This document shows, in pieces, positions 8,704 through 19,969 of a stretch of DNA of 64,000 bases (position 1 is its first letter; each line of letters opens with the position of its first letter). The DNA is from Parcubacteria group bacterium Gr01-1014_13 (GTDB taxonomy: Bacteria > Patescibacteriota > Patescibacteriia > Magasanikbacterales > GWA2-37-8), in contig VMGB01000001.1 of assembly GCA_007376295.1 (NCBI GenBank), forward strand, positions 182,643 through 246,642, in the 5' to 3' direction. Under the pieces are notes generated by a model, which was given only the letters and a program-made list of their open reading frames with translations, was not told the origin of the DNA and did not search any database. The position numbers and the translations under genes are program-made.

Positions 8704-9330
8704 ATGTTCTCTCTCACAAAACAAGAAATAAAAATCCTAAAAAAACTTTCCACCCCCATAAAAATCCAAGATTTTTTGGATAGCCTACCGGTAAATTGGG
8801 AGAAGAAAGGGGAGACATATATGTCTCCGCGTCGGGCTTTAAAGGCGAAAAAAATGCATTGTTTTGAGGGTGCGTTGTTGGCCGCATTGGCTCTGTGGCT
8901 GCAGGGAGAAAAGCCATTGCTAATGGATTTCCAAAATAGCGGGGATGAGGATCATGTGATTGCTTTGTACAAACGCAATGGATATTGGGGGGCGATAAGC
9001 AAAACCAACCATTCCACTCTACGCTACCGTGACCCTGTGTATAAAACCTTGCGCGAACTAGCTATTTCATATTTCCATGAGTATTGGCGGCAGAAAGATG
9101 GCAAAAAGACTTTGGTTGCATTTTCTACTGAGCCATTTGATCTACGTAAGTACGGATATAAATGGGTAACTGCCGAAGAAGAGCTATTTGACATGGTAAA
9201 CGATCTAGACGACGCTCCGCATACAAAAATTATTCCGAAGAAAAATAAAAAATTCCTCCGTCGAGCCGATAAAATGGAAAGACGCGCTGGAAAGATTATA
9301 GAATGGAAGAAAAGCCACCCAAGAACATAA
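8704..9330 (+). CDS. Transglutaminase-like cysteine peptidase-fold protein (hypothetical)
   Basis: Cys...His...Asp arrangement in MHCFEGALLAALALWLQGEKPLLMDF...DEDHVIALYKRNGYWGAISKT, resembling the transglutaminase-like core. This is inference. Confidence 0.45.
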   Translation: MFSLTKQEIKILKKLSTPIKIQDFLDSLPVNWEKKGETYMSPRRALKAKKMHCFEGALLAALALWLQGEKPLLMDFQNSGDEDHVIALYKRNGYWGAISKTNHSTLRYRDPVYKTLRELAISYFHEYWRQKDGKKTLVAFSTEPFDLRKYGYKWVTAEEELFDMVNDLDDAPHTKIIPKKNKKFLRRADKMERRAGKIIEWKKSHPRT

Positions 9331-9360
9331 AATAGAGTGGAAAAATCACTCTATTTTTGT
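9331..9360 (+). terminator. Rho-independent terminator
   Basis: Stem atagagtg/cactctat with loop gaaaaat, then ttttgtttt. Confidence 0.55.
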
Positions 9361-9425
9361 TTTGTATATAAATCAATTTAGTTGTATAATTAATAAAGAG
9401 CGTTTTATTCACTTAATTTATTTGT

Positions 9426-9719
9426 ATGGACACAAAGCAGTTAAAAGAGGAGTTGGCTTCAGGGAAAGATGTAATGATAGTGGATGTGCGCGAACACGAT
9501 GAGTACGAAAAAGGCGACAAAATGGCAGAAGCGACTAATATTCCTATGGGCCAAATGTTTATCGAAGCTTCACAGGGGCATTTGCCTAAAGATAAAAAAA
9601 TTATTACCGTCTGTAAGAGTGGCACCAGATGTGAAATTGTGGCCAGAGAATTAAAAGAAAAAGGATACGACATTGAACACCTGCAAGGCGGAATGGACGC
9701 TTGGAAAGCAGAAAAATAA
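9426..9719 (+). CDS. Rhodanese-domain protein (single-domain sulfurtransferase)
   Basis: DVMIVDVREHDEYEKGDKMAEATNIPMGQ...ITVCKSGTRCEIVARELKEKGYDIEHLQGGMDAWK, with the active-site Cys in CKSGTR. Confidence 0.8.
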   Translation: MDTKQLKEELASGKDVMIVDVREHDEYEKGDKMAEATNIPMGQMFIEASQGHLPKDKKIITVCKSGTRCEIVARELKEKGYDIEHLQGGMDAWKAEK

Positions 9720-9720
9720 T

Positions 9721-10941
9721 GTGAAGAAAACAGTTTTGATTATTATTTTGCTTCTGGTTTTAGCCGGCCTAGGCTGGATCGGTGTTTTTTATTACCAAAA
9801 TTTGCGTGGAATTGCGCCGGTTATATTTCCACCATCTGGCGATATTTCCCAAACTGTTACTAGTACCAAACCTACGGCTTCAAAACCTATCAACAATGGA
9901 TCTTTAAAAATGCCAGATGGTTTTGCTGTTTCTATTTTCGCCAAAAATTTACCTGGCGCGCGGGTAATGATTGCCGACCATGATGGCAATATCTGGCTTA
10001 GCCAGACAGGGCAAGGTAAAGTTTCCAAACTTATTATCAAAGACGGCAGTTTGATAAAACAAACCACAGTTTTGAGCGGGTTAAAAAATCCTCACGGTCT
10101 AGCTTTTGACCCGGATAATTCCAGCATTCTTTTTATTGCCGAAGAAACGAAAATATCCAAAACAACTATTACTCCCACAGGCGTTGGGCCACTAGAAAAA
10201 ATTATAGATCTGCCGCCAAAAGGCAATCATTTTACTCGCACACTCGGCTTTGGCCCGGATGGGCGATTGTATGTCTCAATTGGTTCTACTTGCAATGTCT
10301 GCCATGAAAATGATCCGCGCTACGCTTCTATTTGGTCTATGAAAAAAGATGGCAGTGATTTTAAACAAGTTGCCAGAGGTCTGCGCAACAGTGTTTTCTT
10401 TGTTTTCAAAGATAGTAAAATGTGGGCCACAGAAATGGGGCGGGATTTATTGGGCGATGATATTCCGCCAGATGAAATTAATATTATAGACATTACCTCA
10501 CCTTTAACTTTAAATTTTGGCTGGCCAAATTGTTACGGCAAAAATATTCATGATGATGCTTTTGATAAAAATACATATATCCGTAACCCATGCATGGAAC
10601 CATTTGAAAAAGAAAGCCATATAGATATTCCGGCGCATTCTGCTCCACTGGGTTTGGCTTTTGTATCTCCTAAGGCTGGTTGGCCGGGGGATTATAAAAA
10701 TGATTTGCTTGTGGCCTATCATGGTTCTTGGAACAGAAGCGTGCCAACAGGATACAAGGTGGTGCGCTACCATTTGGATGTTTCTGGGAAAGTATTAGGT
10801 GTAAGTGATTTTCTTTCCGGATGGATAAAAGGAAAAGCAGCCGATGGCCGTCCTGTAGATATTATCTTTGATCAGAACGGAAAAATGTATGTATCGGACG
10901 ATAAAGCCGGTGTGATCTATCAAATTGAATACGTGAAATAA
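9721..10941 (+). CDS. Membrane-anchored glucose/sorbosone dehydrogenase-like beta-propeller protein. GTG start chosen; the track start at 9673 is a TTG overlapping the rhodanese gene.
   Basis: N-terminal TM helix KKTVLIIILLLVLAGLGWIGVFYY. Motifs FGPDGRLYVSIGSTCNVC and GRPVDIIFDQNGKMYVSDDKAGVIYQIEY, typical of the GSDH family. Confidence 0.6.
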   Translation: MKKTVLIIILLLVLAGLGWIGVFYYQNLRGIAPVIFPPSGDISQTVTSTKPTASKPINNGSLKMPDGFAVSIFAKNLPGARVMIADHDGNIWLSQTGQGKVSKLIIKDGSLIKQTTVLSGLKNPHGLAFDPDNSSILFIAEETKISKTTITPTGVGPLEKIIDLPPKGNHFTRTLGFGPDGRLYVSIGSTCNVCHENDPRYASIWSMKKDGSDFKQVARGLRNSVFFVFKDSKMWATEMGRDLLGDDIPPDEINIIDITSPLTLNFGWPNCYGKNIHDDAFDKNTYIRNPCMEPFEKESHIDIPAHSAPLGLAFVSPKAGWPGDYKNDLLVAYHGSWNRSVPTGYKVVRYHLDVSGKVLGVSDFLSGWIKGKAADGRPVDIIFDQNGKMYVSDDKAGVIYQIEYVK

Positions 10942-10942
10942 T

Positions 10943-11410
10943 ATGTCTTTCAAACCAAATCATATTGTTATTCCACTTATTACCGTTGCCACTATTAGTG
11001 TCGGTAGTTTGGTTACTTCTGCCGGAATGAATTGGTATAAAACTTTAAATTTGCCAGCCTTCACTCCGTCGGGAAGTTTTATTGGCACAGTGTGGACAAT
11101 CTTATTTATTTTGGCCACCATTTCGGCTTTGATAGCTTGGAATAAAGCTTGGGGCAAAAGAAAGACGGCAATTGGCGCTGCTTTTGTTTTAAATATTTTG
11201 CTCAATGTGGGTTGGAGCAGTCTATTTTTTGGGTTACATTTTATAGGTCCAGCCATTTACGAAGCTGCCCTTCTAGGCCTATCAGTTTTACTGTTAATAA
11301 TTTTGATTTGGCGGGTTTCAAAACCGGCTTCTTGGTTGCTAGTACCGTATTTGGCTTGGGTTTTGTTTGCAACATTTTTAACTTACACCATCTGGTCTCT
11401 TAATAAATAG
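10943..11410 (+). CDS. tspO: TspO/MBR tryptophan-rich sensory protein
   Basis: WYKTLNLPAFTPSGSFIGTVWTILFILATISALIAW and five TM helices, the TspO pattern. Confidence 0.8.
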   Translation: MSFKPNHIVIPLITVATISVGSLVTSAGMNWYKTLNLPAFTPSGSFIGTVWTILFILATISALIAWNKAWGKRKTAIGAAFVLNILLNVGWSSLFFGLHFIGPAIYEAALLGLSVLLLIILIWRVSKPASWLLVPYLAWVLFATFLTYTIWSLNK

Positions 11411-11412
11411 GT

Positions 11413-11805
11413 ATGCAAATTCCTGAAAGTGAATTAAATATAACTTTTGCCAGATCATCGGGTGCGGGTGGGCAAAATGTTAACAAAACTTCTACTAAAG
11501 TTATTATCCACTGGTCAGTAGGGAAGTCGGCTGTTTTAACCGATGAAGAAAAATCTCGAGTGCGAGAAAAATTGGCCAATAGAATAAATAACGAAGATGA
11601 AGTAGTGTTGATGTCCGAAGAAGAACGCTCGCAACCGCAGAATAGGGAATCCGCCATTTCCCGTTTGCAAGAATTAGTTACTCAAGCTTTACATGTACCA
11701 AAGAAACGTCGTCCAACTCGTCCAAGCAAAGCTTCTAAACTTAAACGGCTCGAATCTAAAAAAATACGGTCGCAAATAAAAAAAGAGCGACGCAGTATCG
11801 AGTAG
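11413..11805 (+). CDS. arfB: ArfB-type peptidyl-tRNA hydrolase / alternative ribosome-rescue factor
   Basis: GGQ motif in ARSSGAGGQNVNKTSTKVIIHW, with a basic C-terminal tail. Confidence 0.8.
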   Translation: MQIPESELNITFARSSGAGGQNVNKTSTKVIIHWSVGKSAVLTDEEKSRVREKLANRINNEDEVVLMSEEERSQPQNRESAISRLQELVTQALHVPKKRRPTRPSKASKLKRLESKKIRSQIKKERRSIE

Positions 11806-11806
11806 T

Positions 11807-12046
11807 ATGTATTATTTATATATTCTGGAATGCGCAGACAAAAGCTTGTATACTGGTATTGCTACAGATTTGGCGCGCAGGCTGGAAGAACACAATAATT
11901 CTTTGTTAGGCGCTAAGTACACTCGCGGGCGTCGGCCTGTAAAATTAGTTTATTCCAAAAAATTTCGCAATCGTTCTCTGGCTTCAAAAGCAGAGGCGAA
12001 GATAAAAATGTTGAGCCGGATAGAAAAGTTAGAACTCATTAAGTAA
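11807..12046 (+). CDS. GIY-YIG nuclease-domain small protein
   Basis: MYYLYILECADKSLYTGIATDLARRLEEHN...KYTRGRRPVKLVYSKKF matches the GIY-YIG UPF0213 family. Confidence 0.8.
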   Translation: MYYLYILECADKSLYTGIATDLARRLEEHNNSLLGAKYTRGRRPVKLVYSKKFRNRSLASKAEAKIKMLSRIEKLELIK

Positions 12047-12051
12047 TTTTT

Positions 12052-13671
12052 ATGACCCAAGAGCAGGCGCTAGCCATACTCAAAACTGGTGCCAATGTTT
12101 TTTTAACCGGCGAACCCGGAGCAGGTAAGACTCATACCATAAATCAATATGCGGCATATTTGCGCGCCCGGGGCATAGAACCATCTATCACCGCCTCCAC
12201 AGGCATCGCAGCGACCCATATTGGCGGTATGACTATTCATTCTTGGAGTGGAGTTGGCATCAGAACTTATCTGGATAAATATGCTTTGGATAAAATCTCT
12301 ACTACCGAATATCTCACCAAACGTATTCGTCGCGCCAAGGTTTTGGTTATAGACGAAGTGTCTATGCTTGGACCAGAAACTTTTTCGATGGTAGAAGCAG
12401 TCTGTCGAGCTATCCGGCAAACTAATGACGCTTTTGGCGGTCTGCAAGTTATTTTAGTCGGAGATTTTTTTCAATTGCCGCCTATTGTAAAAGGGGAGAC
12501 CAATAATAATCCCCAGACTTCGATGTTGGAAACTGCCAAAGCGCGTTTTGCGTATGATTCTCCGGCCTGGAAGAGATCCAACCCGATGGTTTGCTATCTC
12601 ACCGAACAGCACCGTCAGGATGATAATAATTTTTTGGATTTGCTTTCGGCAATCCGCTCTAATAATTTTTCTGATGAGCATTTGTCTCAACTTGAAACCA
12701 GAAGAGTGCAACGCGACAAAATGCCGGATAAAGCCGTAAAACTTTACACCCACAATTTAAATGTAGACCGCACTAACGACGCCATGTTGGAAACTTTTTC
12801 CGGCCATCCGGTAACTTTTACGATGAAAACAAAAGGCGCGCCGATGTTGATAGAAACTTTGCAGAGAGGTTGTTTGTCGCCATATAATTTAGTTTTAAAA
12901 GTTGGAGCCAAAGTAATGTTTACGAAAAATAATCCTAAGGAAGGATATGTAAACGGTACTTTAGGCACCGTAGAGGCGTTTGATAAATTTGTAGGCTTGC
13001 CGCTGGTTCGTACTCATGATGGCCGGTTGATTGCGGTAGACAAAATGGATTGGAGTGTAGAAGAAAATGGTAAACCGCGCGCCACAATTTCACAATTGCC
13101 ACTGCGTTTGGCCTGGGCCATTACTGTCCACAAAAGCCAGGGCATGAGTTTGGATCAGGCAGTAGTGGATTTAAGTGAAGTGTTTGAGTTTGGACAGGGA
13201 TATGTGGCATTATCCCGCGTACGCCGGTTGAAGGGTTTGCATTTGCTGGGGTGGAATGAAAGAGCATTTCAGGTGCATCCAGAAGTATTAGCAGAGGATA
13301 AGACGTTTCGCGCCAGCTCCGAAGCGGCGTTTACGGCCTTTGGGCAGATATCTCCAGAAGAACTGCAAAAAATGCACGATAATTTTGTTAAAGCATGTGG
13401 TGGCAATGTTCTCAGCGCTATTGTTCCCAGCGAGTCTGTTACCGACGAGGAATCTAAGCCTAAGAAAAATAAAAAACAAAAGGGCAAGGGTTTTGATAAA
13501 ATAAGAGAAAAGCATCCTAATGCATTTCGGCCATGGACAGAAGGGCAAGACGAAGAGCTGCGGCAGTTTTTTTCCAATGATATGGCTGTAGAGGAGTTGG
13601 CAAAAACCTTTGGCCGGAAGACCGGGGCTATTCGTATGAGGTTGGTAAAGCTGGGGCTTTTAGAGGAATAA
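12052..13671 (+). CDS. Pif1/RecD-family SF1 DNA helicase with C-terminal HTH
   Basis: Walker A LTGEPGAGKTHTIN, Walker B VLVIDEVSM, the Pif1/RecD motif ITVHKSQGMSLD, and a C-terminal sigma-region-4-like HTH. Confidence 0.8.
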   Translation: MTQEQALAILKTGANVFLTGEPGAGKTHTINQYAAYLRARGIEPSITASTGIAATHIGGMTIHSWSGVGIRTYLDKYALDKISTTEYLTKRIRRAKVLVIDEVSMLGPETFSMVEAVCRAIRQTNDAFGGLQVILVGDFFQLPPIVKGETNNNPQTSMLETAKARFAYDSPAWKRSNPMVCYLTEQHRQDDNNFLDLLSAIRSNNFSDEHLSQLETRRVQRDKMPDKAVKLYTHNLNVDRTNDAMLETFSGHPVTFTMKTKGAPMLIETLQRGCLSPYNLVLKVGAKVMFTKNNPKEGYVNGTLGTVEAFDKFVGLPLVRTHDGRLIAVDKMDWSVEENGKPRATISQLPLRLAWAITVHKSQGMSLDQAVVDLSEVFEFGQGYVALSRVRRLKGLHLLGWNERAFQVHPEVLAEDKTFRASSEAAFTAFGQISPEELQKMHDNFVKACGGNVLSAIVPSESVTDEESKPKKNKKQKGKGFDKIREKHPNAFRPWTEGQDEELRQFFSNDMAVEELAKTFGRKTGAIRMRLVKLGLLEE

Positions 13672-13696
13672 ACATATACACACCCGCCAAATTTCA

Positions 13697-13733
13697 AAAA
13701 AGCCTTGACTTTTCAAGGTTTTTTGTGTAAAGT
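13697..13733 (+). promoter_or_regulatory. Terminator hairpin after the helicase gene, with the atp operon -35 element embedded in it
   Basis: Hairpin aaaagccttga/tcaaggtttt followed by T's. TTGACT (13705-13710), 17-nt spacer, TAAAGT (13728-13733). Confidence 0.5.
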
Positions 13734-13746
13734 AGTGGCGCAATTT

Positions 13747-14010
13747 ATGCAGGAGAACCAACCCAAAAAAACTACTAGCCGCGAATATCATCTATTTGCT
13801 TTCAAAATGCTTGGTGATTTTGGCGCTTCAATTGCCGCGCCGGTTGTCATATTTGTGCTCATTGGGCAATACTTGGATGATAAATACGCCAAATCACCCC
13901 TTTTCACTATTCTAGGATTTGTGTTAGCCGCACTGTTGTCCGCAAAGATTATTTACAAAAAAGCAAAGATATACGGGGAAGAGTACAAGAGAATGAACGA
14001 GAATAAATAA
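13747..14010 (+). CDS. AtpZ/AtpI-like small membrane protein of the ATP synthase operon. The track start at 13705 is the TTG of the -35 box.
   Basis: Two TM helices (ASIAAPVVIFVLIGQYL and LFTILGFVLAALLSAKIIY), located directly upstream of atpB. Confidence 0.5.
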   Translation: MQENQPKKTTSREYHLFAFKMLGDFGASIAAPVVIFVLIGQYLDDKYAKSPLFTILGFVLAALLSAKIIYKKAKIYGEEYKRMNENK

Positions 14011-14013
14011 ACT

Positions 14014-14793
14014 ATGGAATTACATATACCAACTTTAGCTCCAGAAACTATTTTCCACTTAGGAAAATTTCCAGTAACAAATACCATTGTTAATGTCTGG
14101 TTAGCTATTGCGGTATTTATTATTGTCGGGTTGATAATTAGAAACAGAGTGAACCTAAAACCTGGCAAAATACAAAACTTCATGGAATTCTTTTTAGAAA
14201 AACTACTTGTCTATTTTGATCAAGTTACCGGCGATCGCAAAAAAACACTGAGTTTTCTACCTTTGGTAGGCTCAGTGTTCTTTTTTATCCTGCTTTCCAA
14301 TTGGTTGGGGTTACTGCCGGGCACGGGCAGTATCCATATTGGCGAAGCGCCATTACTCCGTCCGGCCAATGCCGATTTAAACATGACTCTGGCCATGGCT
14401 GTTTCAGTTGTAGTTATTTCCCATATAGTAGGCTTGGTTACCGTTGGCGTCTTTACCCATATCGGAAAATTTGTCCAACTTGGCGGTCTTATTAAAAGTT
14501 TTAGCAAAGGCCCAGTAGCGATATTTACCGCTGTAATTAATTTGGCAGTTGGGTTTATAGAAATTATCAGTGAATTTGCCAAAGTATTATCCTTGTCGCT
14601 TCGGTTGTTCGGAAATATTTTTGCCGGTGAAGTTTTAATTACTGTGATTGCCAGTATTTTGGCTATCGTTTTACCTGCTCCGTTTATGCTTTTGGAGTTA
14701 CTGGTTGGTTTGGTGCAGGCAAGTGTATTTACCATGTTAACGTTGGTTTATTTAACGGTAATGTCCAGCGCGCCGCATGGGGAACACAGTTAA
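14014..14793 (+). CDS. atpB: F0F1 ATP synthase subunit a
   Basis: LSLRLFGNIFAGEVL motif containing the conserved Arg; polytopic membrane protein. Confidence 0.9.
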   Translation: MELHIPTLAPETIFHLGKFPVTNTIVNVWLAIAVFIIVGLIIRNRVNLKPGKIQNFMEFFLEKLLVYFDQVTGDRKKTLSFLPLVGSVFFFILLSNWLGLLPGTGSIHIGEAPLLRPANADLNMTLAMAVSVVVISHIVGLVTVGVFTHIGKFVQLGGLIKSFSKGPVAIFTAVINLAVGFIEIISEFAKVLSLSLRLFGNIFAGEVLITVIASILAIVLPAPFMLLELLVGLVQASVFTMLTLVYLTVMSSAPHGEHS

Positions 14794-14861
14794 AAAGATT
14801 ATTAAAATAATTAATTGATATCGTTAGTCCAAACGGGCAAGGATATCGGAAAGGTCAAAAT

Positions 14862-15083
14862 ATGGATCATGAATCAATGTTGGCCCTAGCAAAGGGTCTT
14901 ACAATGGCTATCGGCGGATTTGGTCCGGCTATAGCTATCGGTCTACTTGTGGCAAAAGCCATGGAAGCAATCGGACGTAACCCGGAAGCTTCGGACAAAT
15001 TGTTTGTACCGATGTTGTTGGGTGCTGCTTTCGCAGAATCCATCGCTATCTACTCACTTGTAGTTGTCTTTACTCTAAAGTAA
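14862..15083 (+). CDS. atpE: F0F1 ATP synthase subunit c
   Basis: 73-aa hairpin proteolipid with GLLVAKAMEAIGRNPEA...AFAESIAIYSLVV. Confidence 0.9.
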   Translation: MDHESMLALAKGLTMAIGGFGPAIAIGLLVAKAMEAIGRNPEASDKLFVPMLLGAAFAESIAIYSLVVVFTLK

Positions 15084-15139
15084 TTCGACTCATTGGGTTC
15101 GAGGGAGCCCAATGGAATTGAATTATTTAATAACAATAT

Positions 15140-15700
15140 ATGTCACTAATAAATACCGTTTACGCAGCTGAAACCGCTCCGCATACAACCGCCGAATCGA
15201 CAGACGGGGGAGTATTGGCAACGCTAGGAATAAATAGTACACTTTTTGCTTTTCAACTGGTAAACTTTGCTATTGTAATCGCTGTTTTGTGGTTTATGAT
15301 CCTAAAACCACTTACCAAAAAAATGTCCGAGAGACAAAAAATGATTGATGACAGTATTGATAATGCTAAGAAAATAGAAACAAATTTGGGCATGAGCGAA
15401 AGAAAATATCAAGAGAAAATAGATCAAGCCAAAGTTGACGCTAATAAGTTTATCGAAAAAGCCCAACAGGAAGCACTGCTCGTAGCTGAAGCTACAAAAG
15501 AAAAAACCAAAAAAGAAATAGAGCAATTAGTAGAAACTGCGAGAAAAAATATTAAAACCGAAAGAGATGAATCCATAAATGAACTAAAAGAGCATGCCGC
15601 AGATTTAATTATTGCCGCAGCAGAAAAAATCTTATCTGCAAAAATTGATGTGGATAAAGATGATAAATCAATTGAAGAAGCTGTAAAGAGCTTAAAATAG
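15140..15700 (+). CDS. atpF: F0F1 ATP synthase subunit b
   Basis: N-terminal TM helix, long charged coiled coil, and position in the operon. Confidence 0.8.
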   Translation: MSLINTVYAAETAPHTTAESTDGGVLATLGINSTLFAFQLVNFAIVIAVLWFMILKPLTKKMSERQKMIDDSIDNAKKIETNLGMSERKYQEKIDQAKVDANKFIEKAQQEALLVAEATKEKTKKEIEQLVETARKNIKTERDESINELKEHAADLIIAAAEKILSAKIDVDKDDKSIEEAVKSLK

Positions 15701-15701
15701 T

Positions 15702-16091
15702 ATGCGAAAAAAAAGTAATCTACAATTTGCTAAGGCTCTATACGAAGTTACCAAGGATTTACCAAAGAGCCATTTACCGGAAGCGATAAAGCAATTTGTT
15801 TTGATTTTACAAAAAAATAACAAACTAAAGAAAATAGATTACATAATAGAAGAATTCGAGGCTTACGCCAAAAAACAAGATAGGGCAAAGATAATAGAGA
15901 TTGAAACTGCTAGAAAACTGGATCAGACGGCCCTAAACAAGATTAAAAAAATATTTGGTGAAAAATCGGAGATTACGGAACTGGTAAATAAAGAACTGCT
16001 CGGTGGGGCCAGAATCACAGTGAACGACATGATATACGACGCCAGTTTAAAAACACAATTAAAATCACTAAGACAACAGTTAATTTCTTAA
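15702..16091 (+). CDS. atpH: F0F1 ATP synthase subunit delta (short form)
   Basis: Lies between atpF and atpA. C-terminus ...[29 protein letters not shown] is delta/OSCP-like. Confidence 0.7.
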   Translation: MRKKSNLQFAKALYEVTKDLPKSHLPEAIKQFVLILQKNNKLKKIDYIIEEFEAYAKKQDRAKIIEIETARKLDQTALNKIKKIFGEKSEITELVNKELLGGARITVNDMIYDASLKTQLKSLRQQLIS

Positions 16092-16098
16092 TTACCAT

Positions 16099-17586
16099 AT
16101 GTCCACAAATAACATCGTCGAAGAACTGAAAAAAAATATTGCCCACTTCCAAAAAGAGACAGAAAAAGAAGAAGCCGGCAAAGTAGTTGAAGTTGGTGAC
16201 GGCATCGCCCGTATTTCTGGTTTAAGCAAATGCCAAGCCGGGGAAATGTTAGAATTTTCTGGTGATGTGTTTGGTTTAGCCTTAAACTTAGAAGAAGAAA
16301 CTGTTGGTTGTGTGCTTTTGGGTGATTACGAACATATTAAAGAAGGGGATACTGTAAAACGCACCAACAAAATTTTATCTGTACCAGTTGGAGAAGAATT
16401 GATTGGCCGTGTGGTTAATTCTCTTGGTATGGCTATAGATGGAGGCAAGGATATTAAAACTACCAAATTTTACCCAATCGAAAAAATCGCTCCGGGCGTA
16501 ATGACGAGAGAACCAGTAACTCAACCTGTGCAAACTGGTATCAAAGCTATTGATGCGATGATTCCAATTGGCCGCGGTCAGCGCGAACTTATTATCGGCG
16601 ACCGCCAGACTGGTAAAACAGCTGTGGCTATAGACACCATTATCAACCAAAAAGGTAAAGACATGATCTGCGTCTATGTGGCTATTGGTCAAAAAGAATC
16701 AAAAATTGCTCGTATCGTGGCCAAACTGAAGGAAACTGGCGCGATGGACTATACAATTGTGGTTGTAGCCGGCGCATCTTCTCCAGCCGCTTTGTCATAT
16801 ATTGCTCCATATTCTGGTGTAGCTATGGCTGAATACTTTATGGATCAAGGTAAAGATGTTTTGTGTGTTTACGATGATTTATCCAAACAAGCTTGGGCAT
16901 ATCGTGAAATTTCTTTGTTGTTACGCAGACCACCAGGCCGCGAAGCTTATCCAGGTGATGTATTTTATCTTCACTCCAGATTGCTAGAACGCGCTTGCCG
17001 CCGAAATAAAGAATCAGGCGGAGGTTCTATTACCGCTTTGCCTATTATCGAAACTCAAGCATCTGACGTTACTGCATATATTCCGACCAACGTAATCTCT
17101 ATTACCGATGGTCAGATTTTCTTGGAAACAGATTTGTTCTACCGCGGTATTCGCCCAGCTTTAAACGTAGGTATTTCCGTATCCCGTGTTGGTGGTGCAG
17201 CTCAAATCAAACCAATGAAAAAAGTTGCCGGTAAATTAAAGCTGGCCATGGCTCAGTTCCGCGAAATGGAAGCCTTTGCTCAGTTTGCCAGCGATCTAGA
17301 TCCGGAAACAAAGAAACAAATCGAACGCGGTCAACGTATTACCGAGTTGTTAAAACAACCTCAATATCAACCAGTATCAGTAGAAAACCAAGTGGTAAGT
17401 ATTTTTGCTACCAACAACGGATATTTTGACAATGTGGCTGTAAAAGATATTTCCACAGCAGAAAAGAAACTAAATGATTTCATGAACAAATCAAAACGTT
17501 CGCTATTAGATAAAATTGCAGCAGGCGAATGGGATGAAAAAATAGAAAAAGAATTAAAGTCCGCTTGCGAAGAATTTAACAAGTAA
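16099..17586 (+). CDS. atpA: F0F1 ATP synthase subunit alpha
   Basis: Walker [19 protein letters not shown] and typical alpha-subunit sequence throughout. Confidence 0.95.
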   Translation: MSTNNIVEELKKNIAHFQKETEKEEAGKVVEVGDGIARISGLSKCQAGEMLEFSGDVFGLALNLEEETVGCVLLGDYEHIKEGDTVKRTNKILSVPVGEELIGRVVNSLGMAIDGGKDIKTTKFYPIEKIAPGVMTREPVTQPVQTGIKAIDAMIPIGRGQRELIIGDRQTGKTAVAIDTIINQKGKDMICVYVAIGQKESKIARIVAKLKETGAMDYTIVVVAGASSPAALSYIAPYSGVAMAEYFMDQGKDVLCVYDDLSKQAWAYREISLLLRRPPGREAYPGDVFYLHSRLLERACRRNKESGGGSITALPIIETQASDVTAYIPTNVISITDGQIFLETDLFYRGIRPALNVGISVSRVGGAAQIKPMKKVAGKLKLAMAQFREMEAFAQFASDLDPETKKQIERGQRITELLKQPQYQPVSVENQVVSIFATNNGYFDNVAVKDISTAEKKLNDFMNKSKRSLLDKIAAGEWDEKIEKELKSACEEFNK

Positions 17587-17591
17587 ACGTT

Positions 17592-18545
17592 ATGCCGGTA
17601 AATACTAAAGCAATTAAAGGCAGAATTAAATCCGTGGGTAGTACTAAAAAGATTACCAAAGCCATGGAGATGATTGCGGCTGCCAAAATGCGCAAAGCTG
17701 TAAATGCAGCTTTGGATACGCGTACTTATGCGACGCTTGCTTGGGATTTATTAGTTAGTCTTTCTAAAACACAAAAAACACAGCTTCCTTTATTGGCTGT
17801 CCGGCCTGTACAAAAAATTCTGGTGATTATAGTTACTTCCAATAGAGGATTATGCGGCAGTTTTAATTCCAACATCATAAAAAAAGTTTCCGCCCAACTT
17901 AAAAACCCAGCTCACATTGCTAAACAAATAGTGGGGGACAAGGAACTTCCGGGAAGTGAGAATATAACTATAGATGTGGTTGGTATCGGCAAAAAAGGCG
18001 CGGACTTTGCTAAAAAAATGAACTACAATTTGGTGGCCGCTTTTACCAATATGACAGATACACCGAGTGTAGATGACGCTTTGCCGATTGCTAAGATGGC
18101 CATAGATGCTTATGAAAGCAAATCTTACGATAAAGTAATTGTCGCTTATACAGATTTTAGATCCGCTATTTTCCAATTGGCAAAACTACGACAAGTTCTG
18201 CCAATTTCCGAAGCTGATCTGGAAAAAATGATAACGGGAAAAGAAGATTTAGAAAAACAAGAAAGCAAACAAAAAAATTTACAAGAAGATACATATTTAT
18301 TTGAACCAAACCGACTAGATGTTTTACAAACAATTTTACCAAGACTGGTAGAAACACAGATTTATCAAGCCATGCTAGAATCCGCAGCCAGTGAACACAG
18401 CGCTCGTATGATGGCTATGAGAAGCGCAAGCGATGCCGCCGAAGATATGATCAAAGAACTAAATTTAAATTTTAACAAAGCTAGACAGGCCGGCATCACG
18501 CAAGAGATTGCGGAAATAGCAGGCGGCGCAGCAGCTTTAGAATAA
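17592..18545 (+). CDS. atpG: F0F1 ATP synthase subunit gamma
   Basis: IKSVGSTKKITKAMEMIAAAKMRKA N-terminus and C-terminus ...ITQEIAEIAGGAAALE. Confidence 0.9.
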   Translation: MPVNTKAIKGRIKSVGSTKKITKAMEMIAAAKMRKAVNAALDTRTYATLAWDLLVSLSKTQKTQLPLLAVRPVQKILVIIVTSNRGLCGSFNSNIIKKVSAQLKNPAHIAKQIVGDKELPGSENITIDVVGIGKKGADFAKKMNYNLVAAFTNMTDTPSVDDALPIAKMAIDAYESKSYDKVIVAYTDFRSAIFQLAKLRQVLPISEADLEKMITGKEDLEKQESKQKNLQEDTYLFEPNRLDVLQTILPRLVETQIYQAMLESAASEHSARMMAMRSASDAAEDMIKELNLNFNKARQAGITQEIAEIAGGAAALE

Positions 18546-18549
18546 ATAA

Positions 18550-19926
<1,377 letters not shown>

Positions 19927-19969
19927 AAACCCACCAAAGTCTGGTAGGCAAAGTAGGGAACATGGACTG

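Noticed and set aside
12103-13697. Minus-strand ORFs within the Pif1 helicase gene (12103-12447, 12454-12753, 12744-12968, 13269-13697)
   Set aside because: They are antisense to a gene with clear helicase motifs; spurious.
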